64,000 nt of DNA, from positions 160,001 through 224,000 of the forward strand of contig JAWLHJ010000004.1 of NCBI GenBank assembly GCA_041690395.1, read 5' to 3'. Shown here in pieces: positions 58,727 through 64,000 of this stretch. Under the pieces are notes generated by a model. It made no database searches. It saw only the letters and a program-made list of their open reading frames with translations, and was not told the origin of the DNA. The DNA is from Longimicrobiales bacterium (GTDB lineage: Bacteria > Gemmatimonadota > Gemmatimonadetes > Longimicrobiales > Gaopeijiaceae). The first letter of the stretch is position 1. Every line of letters starts with the position of its first letter. Made by a program: the position numbers and the translations under genes.

Positions 58727-58755
58727 TTGAGCTTGCCCCCCCTCCCCGGTAGCTT
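58727..58755 (+). promoter_or_regulatory. Sigma70-type promoter for the DUF58 operon
   Basis: TTGAGC-N17-TAGCTT. Confidence 0.55.
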
Positions 58756-58766
58756 CACCCACTCCG

Positions 58767-59696
58767 ATGGACACCACGAAGAACCGCGCCGGCAGCGGCG
58801 CCCGGCTCGATCTGCTCGATCCAGCGGCCCTCTCGAAGCTGGGTGGGGTCGAGTTCGTCGCGCGCCAGGTGGTCGAGGGCTTCCTCATGGGGCTCCACCG
58901 TTCCCCGCACCGCGGCTTCTCCGCGGAGTTCGCGGAGCTGAGGGCCTACCAGACGGGAGACGATCTGCGCCACATCGATTGGCGTATGTACGGCCGCTCC
59001 GACCGTTTCTACGTGAAGCAGTTCGAGGAGGAGACCAACCTCAGGGCGTACCTCCTGGTCGACGTCAGCGAGTCGATGGGTTGGAGCTCCGACCCGGGCA
59101 CGCTCCCGGACAAGCTCTGGTACGCCAAACAGCTCGCGGCCTCGCTGGCGCTCGTCCTGCTCCGGCAGGGCGACGCGGTCGGCCTGACGGCCTTCCACGA
59201 CGAGGTGGTCGCCCGGGTCGCCCCGCGCGGCGGGCGGCGGCAGTGGAAGGAGCTGGCGCGCTCGCTCGACGACCTCTCGGCCGTGGGCAGCACGTCGGCC
59301 GAGGGCGCGCTCCGGGACGTGGCGGTGCGGCTCCGGCGGCGCGGGCTCGTCGTCCTCCTCTCCGACATGCTGGTGGCACGGGAAGAGACGCTGACGGCTC
59401 TCAAGTACCTCAGGCACCACGGGCACGAGGTGCTCGTGTTCCACGTCCTCGACCCCGGAGAGCGTGAGCTCCCGGCCGCATCCGAGGCCCGCTTCTTCGA
59501 TCCCGAGAGCGGCCGTGAGCTCCTCGTGAGCGTGGCCGACGTGCGCAACGAGTACCGAGAGGCGGTCGACGAGGCGCTCCAGGAGTGGCGGCGCGAATTG
59601 AAGCCCCAGGGGATCGACTACGAAGTCGTGCAAACGGACCGCCCTCTGGGCATCGCGCTCCGCGCCTATCTGCGGAAGCGCGAGCGCCTCGGATGA
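58767..59696 (+). CDS. DUF58 / vWA protein (MoxR-associated)
   Basis: GLHRSPHRGFSAEFAE, YQTGDDLRHIDW, VKQFEEET and DVSESM motifs. Confidence 0.92.
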   Translation: MDTTKNRAGSGARLDLLDPAALSKLGGVEFVARQVVEGFLMGLHRSPHRGFSAEFAELRAYQTGDDLRHIDWRMYGRSDRFYVKQFEEETNLRAYLLVDVSESMGWSSDPGTLPDKLWYAKQLAASLALVLLRQGDAVGLTAFHDEVVARVAPRGGRRQWKELARSLDDLSAVGSTSAEGALRDVAVRLRRRGLVVLLSDMLVAREETLTALKYLRHHGHEVLVFHVLDPGERELPAASEARFFDPESGRELLVSVADVRNEYREAVDEALQEWRRELKPQGIDYEVVQTDRPLGIALRAYLRKRERLG

Positions 59697-59709
59697 CCGG
59701 TAGCGCCCG

Positions 59710-61659
59710 GTGAGCCTGCTCAGCCCCTGGTTCCTCATGGCCTCCGCGGCCGTGGCCGTCCCGCTCTTCCTTCACCTCTTCCACAAGCGGAAGACCGTCC
59801 GGATCAGCTTTCCGGCGCTCCGGTATCTCGAGCGCACGGAGCGGGAGCATGCGCACGAGATCCGGTTCCGTCAGATCCTGCTGCTCCTGGCGCGGATCGG
59901 CGCGATCGTCCTGCTCGTACTTGCCGGCGCCAGGCCGCTGATCCCGGGCCCCGGCACGGCTCATCCTCCGACGGCCGTCGCCATCGTGCTCGACAACTCG
60001 ATGAGCAGCGGCCTGGTCGTGGGTGACGAGAGGCGGCTGGATCGGCTGAAGGCGATCGCGGAGCGGAGCCTGGACGCAGCGGGCCCCGACGACCTCTTCT
60101 GGGTGCTCCGCGCCGGCGAGCCTTGGCTCCCGGCCGCGCTGGGAACCGCGGACGATGCCCGCGAAGCCGTTCGCGCGTCCGAGGTGAGCGCCGCGCGCGG
60201 CGACGTCACGGCCGCGCTCCGGAGAGCCGTCGACCTGGTCGGCGCCTCGTCGCTCGAGCATCGTGAGATCCACCTGGTTTCGGATCTCCAGGCCACCGCC
60301 TTCGACCTCTCGGTGCCCGGGCCGGCCGGCTCGATACCGGTGGTCACTTGGGCGCCCGACGACGATCCGCCGCCGAACCGTGCCCTGGTCGAGCTTCTCG
60401 TCGGCAGCGGCCTCGCCCCTGTCGAGGGGCAGCGGGCCGACCTGTCCGTCCGGCTGTCCGAAGGTCCAGACGGCGCCGAGCCGATCGGCGTGCGTGCGCT
60501 TCTAGACGGACGGATCCGGGCCGCCGGAACGGCCCCGCCCGGAGCGGTCGCGACGCTGCCTCTTCCCTCGACGGGAGCCGGCTGGGTCGTCGGCGTGGTC
60601 GAGTCGGATCCGGACGCGCTCAGCCTCGACGACCGACGATACTTCGCGTTCCGTTCGCGGCCGCCGCCGGCCGTCCACGTCGTGGGAGAGCCGGGTCGTT
60701 TCGCGCGCGAAGCCCTCGGGGTGCTGGAGGACGCGCTCCGGCTGCGGACCGGGGGGGGCGGGGAGGGTGCGGAGCTGCGCGTCTCGGTGGGCGGAGCGGG
60801 GTTGTCCGAGGCGCCGACGGCCCGCGCCTACCTCGTGGTGCCGCCCGCCGATCCGACCCTGCTCCCTGCCCTCGACGTGCGTCTTCGCTCGGCCGGCGTA
60901 CCCTGGCGGCTCAGCGCGCGGGCGGCCTCGGGCGGAGCGGAGCTCGCTGGTTCCGGCCTCCCTCCCGGACTCGCGGGGGTCTCGGTCGACTCGTGGTACG
61001 CCATCGAGCCGACGGGGGAGGCGACGTCGCAGAGCCGCGTGCTCGCCGAAGTGGCCGGCGAGCCCTGGCTCGTCGAGAGCCGGACGGCCGCGGGCGAGCC
61101 CGTGCTCCTGCTTGCGTCCCCGCTCGACCCGGCGTCGTCGTCCCTGCCTGTCTCCGCGGGGCTGGTGCGGTTTCTCGACTGGGCGGCCGGCGGCTGGACG
61201 GGACCGGGGAGCTCGGGCTCCGAGCAGCTGGCCGGCCAGCCGCTGCCGGCCCCGGCAGGCGCCACCCACGTCGTCCTCCCCTCGGGCGACACCCTGGCGG
61301 TGGACGGAACCCGCACCGTCTCCGCCACCGGCAGCGTGGGTCACTACGGCTTCATCGCGTCCGACACGGTCGTCGCGTGGGTCGCGGTCAACCCCGCACC
61401 GGCGGAGTCGGACCTCTCACGCCTCGGTGACGACGAGCTGGAACGCGCCGCCGGGGACAACGTCGTGGTCGCCTCGAGCGAGGCCGCCTGGGCCCGCTCG
61501 GTGTTCCGCGAGCGCACCGGTCCCGAGATCTGGTGGCCGCTCCTGCTCCTGGCCGCGCTCGTGCTCCTCGTGGAGTCGCGGCTGGCCGCGGCCGGGACCC
61601 AATCGCCGACCCCTACGCGTACCTCGAACGACACCGTCCCGGCCCATGGCGCTTCCTGA
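59710..61659 (+). CDS. BatA-domain plus vWA membrane protein
   Basis: VPLFLHL...FPALRYL...ARP (BatA N-terminus); MIDAS DNSMS; ESDL; C-terminal TM EIWWPLL...VES. Confidence 0.85.
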   Translation: MSLLSPWFLMASAAVAVPLFLHLFHKRKTVRISFPALRYLERTEREHAHEIRFRQILLLLARIGAIVLLVLAGARPLIPGPGTAHPPTAVAIVLDNSMSSGLVVGDERRLDRLKAIAERSLDAAGPDDLFWVLRAGEPWLPAALGTADDAREAVRASEVSAARGDVTAALRRAVDLVGASSLEHREIHLVSDLQATAFDLSVPGPAGSIPVVTWAPDDDPPPNRALVELLVGSGLAPVEGQRADLSVRLSEGPDGAEPIGVRALLDGRIRAAGTAPPGAVATLPLPSTGAGWVVGVVESDPDALSLDDRRYFAFRSRPPPAVHVVGEPGRFAREALGVLEDALRLRTGGGGEGAELRVSVGGAGLSEAPTARAYLVVPPADPTLLPALDVRLRSAGVPWRLSARAASGGAELAGSGLPPGLAGVSVDSWYAIEPTGEATSQSRVLAEVAGEPWLVESRTAAGEPVLLLASPLDPASSSLPVSAGLVRFLDWAAGGWTGPGSSGSEQLAGQPLPAPAGATHVVLPSGDTLAVDGTRTVSATGSVGHYGFIASDTVVAWVAVNPAPAESDLSRLGDDELERAAGDNVVVASSEAAWARSVFRERTGPEIWWPLLLLAALVLLVESRLAAAGTQSPTPTRTSNDTVPAHGAS

Positions 61660-64000
61660 TCCGATCCTGACCGCCCTTTCGAGCTGCGAGGCGGTCCGAG
61701 CCGTGGGAGGCTCCCTCCCCCGCCCCGGTATCGTCCTGACGCTCGGCGGGGTCCGCGGCGCGCTGGGTCCCGCCGTGGTGGCCGCGCTCCACGAGGCCGC
61801 CCCCGAGCGCATCTTCGTCTACATCGCGGAGGACCCGCAGGCGGCCTCGGCGGCCGAGGCGGACCTCGAAGTCCTGCTCGGCACGGACGGCTCGGCGCAC
61901 CTCTTCCCGCAGAAGGAAGCGCTCCCCTACGAGGAGCACGAGCCGCACCTCGAAATCGGTGGGCTTCGGGTCGAGGCGCTCGAAGCCGTCTTCTCCGGGC
62001 GCGCCCAGATCCTGGTCACCACCCCGCGAGGACTCCAGGAGAGGATTCCGGTGCCGGCCGACCTCGCGCACCTCCGGCGGACGATCCGGACCGGAGAAGA
62101 GACCGACTTCGCCGCCCTGATCGCCGACCTCGAAGCCTGGGGCTTCGAGCGGGTCGCCATGGTCGAGGAGGTCGGGCAGCTCGCGGTTCGCGGAGGCATC
62201 CTCGACCTCTTCTCGGTAGCGGCGGGGGAGCCCGTCCGGATCGAGTTCTGGGGCGACGAGGTCGTCTCGATCCGCACGTTCGACGTGCTCGACCAGCTAT
62301 CCACCGGGAAGCTCGAGGAGACACACGTGCTACCCGTCGACTTCCGTCGTTCGGCGGACGACGGGAACCTCGACGGCGGGGCGGTCACCCGCTCCCTCCT
62401 CGAGCTCCTCCCGGCCGACGCCGTCCTGACGCGCGGAGGCGACTGGGAGGTCTCCGAGGAAGCCGAGCACACCTGGGAGCGGGTCGTCACACTCCATGAC
62501 GACCTCGTCCACTCGGGCGCGACCCCTCCCGAGCCGGCGTCGCTCTTCGTGCCGCCCGACGAGATGGTCCGTCTGGTCGACGCCATGCCCCGACTGGTCC
62601 TGAGCGAAGGGGAGGACGCCGACCAGATGCTCGACTCCGGGCCGCCTCCGCTGATCGACCGGGACATGGGCAAGCTCGAGTCCTATCTCACCGACGGCGC
62701 CCGGGACGGCATCGAGACGCTCCTCCTTTGCGACAACGATGGTCAGCTGCAGCGGCTCGAGGAGATCCTCGGAGGCGTCGGCCGGATCCCGACCGGGACG
62801 CGGCTCGCCATCGGTTCGCTGCAGACCGGCTTCGAGCTCCGTTGCGGAGGGTCGATGCTGCGCGTGCTCAACGACCACGAGATCTTCCGGCGCCCGCGAC
62901 GGGTGCGCAGGAGCAGGAAGTTCCGGGGAGCCGTGGCCCTCGAGAGCCTCGCGCAGCTCACCCCGGGCGATCACGTCGTGCACATGGATCACGGGATCGG
63001 GCGCTTCGTGGGCCTCGAGCACATCGACGTCGCCGGCGACGAGATCGAGGTGCTGGCCATCGAGTACGCGGGCGGCGAGGTGCTCCGGCTGCCGGTCTAC
63101 CGGCTCGACCTGATCGAGCGCTGGGTGGGCGCCACCGAGGAGGCCAGGCCGACGGCGCTCCACCGGATCGGCGGGAAGCGCTGGAAGGCGCTGCGGAAGA
63201 AGACCGAGCAGGTCATCGAGGAGATGACGGCCGAGCTGCTCGAGCTCTACGCCCGGCGCGAGCATTCCGGAGGATTCGCGTTCAGCCCCGACACGCGCTG
63301 GCAGATGGAGATGGAGTCGTCGTTCCTCTACGAGGACACGCCCGACCAGCGGAAGGCCGCCGAGGACGTGAAGCGCGACATGGAGTCGTCCCGACCCATG
63401 GACCGCCTGGTGTGCGGCGACGTGGGGTATGGCAAGACCGAGGTCGCCATCCGGGCCGCCTTCAAGGCCGTCCAGGACAACAAGCAGGTGGCCGTGCTCG
63501 CGCCGACCACGATCCTCGCCGAGCAGCACCGCCACACGTTCGAGGAGCGGCTGGCGGACTACCCGGTCCGCATCGGCTCGCTCAGCCGGTTCCGCACCGC
63601 GGCGGAGCAGCGAGATCTCCTCGCGGGAGTGGCCGAGGGGTCCGTCGACATCGTGATCGGCACCCACCGGCTCCTGTCCGAGGACGTCGTCTTCAAGGAC
63701 CTGGGGCTCCTGATCGTCGACGAGGAGCAGCGCTTCGGGGTGAAGCACAAGGAGCGGCTCAAGAAGCTCAGGGCCTCGATCGACGTGCTCACCCTGACCG
63801 CCACGCCGATCCCCAGGACCCTCTACCTGTCCCTGTCGGGGATCCGTGACCTGTCGCTCATACGGACGCCACCGCGCGACCGCATGCCGATCTACACCCA
63901 CGTGCTCCCCTGGTCCGACCAGCTCCTGGCCGAAGCGCTCCACCGGGAGCTGGACCGGGGCGGGCAGGCGTTCTTCCTGCACAACCGCATCGAGACGATC
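61646..64000 (+). CDS. mfd: Transcription-repair coupling factor, partial (runs off the window edge)
   Basis: Read from ATG 61646: RGGILD, GDHVVHMDHGIGRF, MDRLVCGDVGYGKTEVA, DEEQRFGV and TATPIPRTL; absent from the supplied ORF track because it has no stop in the window. Confidence 0.96.
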   Translation, partial: MALPDPILTALSSCEAVRAVGGSLPRPGIVLTLGGVRGALGPAVVAALHEAAPERIFVYIAEDPQAASAAEADLEVLLGTDGSAHLFPQKEALPYEEHEPHLEIGGLRVEALEAVFSGRAQILVTTPRGLQERIPVPADLAHLRRTIRTGEETDFAALIADLEAWGFERVAMVEEVGQLAVRGGILDLFSVAAGEPVRIEFWGDEVVSIRTFDVLDQLSTGKLEETHVLPVDFRRSADDGNLDGGAVTRSLLELLPADAVLTRGGDWEVSEEAEHTWERVVTLHDDLVHSGATPPEPASLFVPPDEMVRLVDAMPRLVLSEGEDADQMLDSGPPPLIDRDMGKLESYLTDGARDGIETLLLCDNDGQLQRLEEILGGVGRIPTGTRLAIGSLQTGFELRCGGSMLRVLNDHEIFRRPRRVRRSRKFRGAVALESLAQLTPGDHVVHMDHGIGRFVGLEHIDVAGDEIEVLAIEYAGGEVLRLPVYRLDLIERWVGATEEARPTALHRIGGKRWKALRKKTEQVIEEMTAELLELYARREHSGGFAFSPDTRWQMEMESSFLYEDTPDQRKAAEDVKRDMESSRPMDRLVCGDVGYGKTEVAIRAAFKAVQDNKQVAVLAPTTILAEQHRHTFEERLADYPVRIGSLSRFRTAAEQRDLLAGVAEGSVDIVIGTHRLLSEDVVFKDLGLLIVDEEQRFGVKHKERLKKLRASIDVLTLTATPIPRTLYLSLSGIRDLSLIRTPPRDRMPIYTHVLPWSDQLLAEALHRELDRGGQAFFLHNRIETI

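Noticed and set aside
1..64000. CRISPR array, IS element, prophage or known defence system
   Set aside because: No regularly spaced repeats, transposase, integrase, phage structural genes or nuclease effectors were seen.

Overview
A high-GC (about 70%, estimated by eye), densely coding stretch of core bacterial chromosome. Gene content (heptose LPS genes, Ccm system I, DUF4384, DUF58-BatA) fits a diderm, most plausibly Gemmatimonadota, but that placement is my inference. It holds about 50 CDSs: rplY (partial), prs, ispE, pdxJ, hflX, rarA, cca, gmhA, alaS, recA, corA, tesB, a ccmEF-(ccmI-like)-ABCD operon, glpK, maf, dtd, glmS, glmM, a cystathionine gamma-lyase/synthase, purD, mutM, an M16 peptidase pair, ubiE/menG, an ECF sigma operon, apbC/nifU, ROK and PfkB kinases, waaF, lepA and mfd (partial), plus one tRNA-Gln(TTG). 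I saw no mobile element, prophage or CRISPR array. The best signals are: (1) three copies of an ECF-type promoter, GAAAC-N17-CGTAGG, linking the ECF sigma, its double zinc-finger anti-sigma and a distant M48 protease; (2) an orphan STAS-GHKL kinase plus STAS-wHTH partner-switch-like pair; (3) a secreted DUF4384 protein with a CXXCH heme motif, in the same window as a CxxxY-type (System I*-like) Ccm operon; (4) a leaderless 18-codon uORF overlapping a probable non-AUG hflX start; (5) two sigma54 promoters, one ahead of a stand-alone LeuA-regulatory-like domain. Family names come from motif recognition; no database searches were run.
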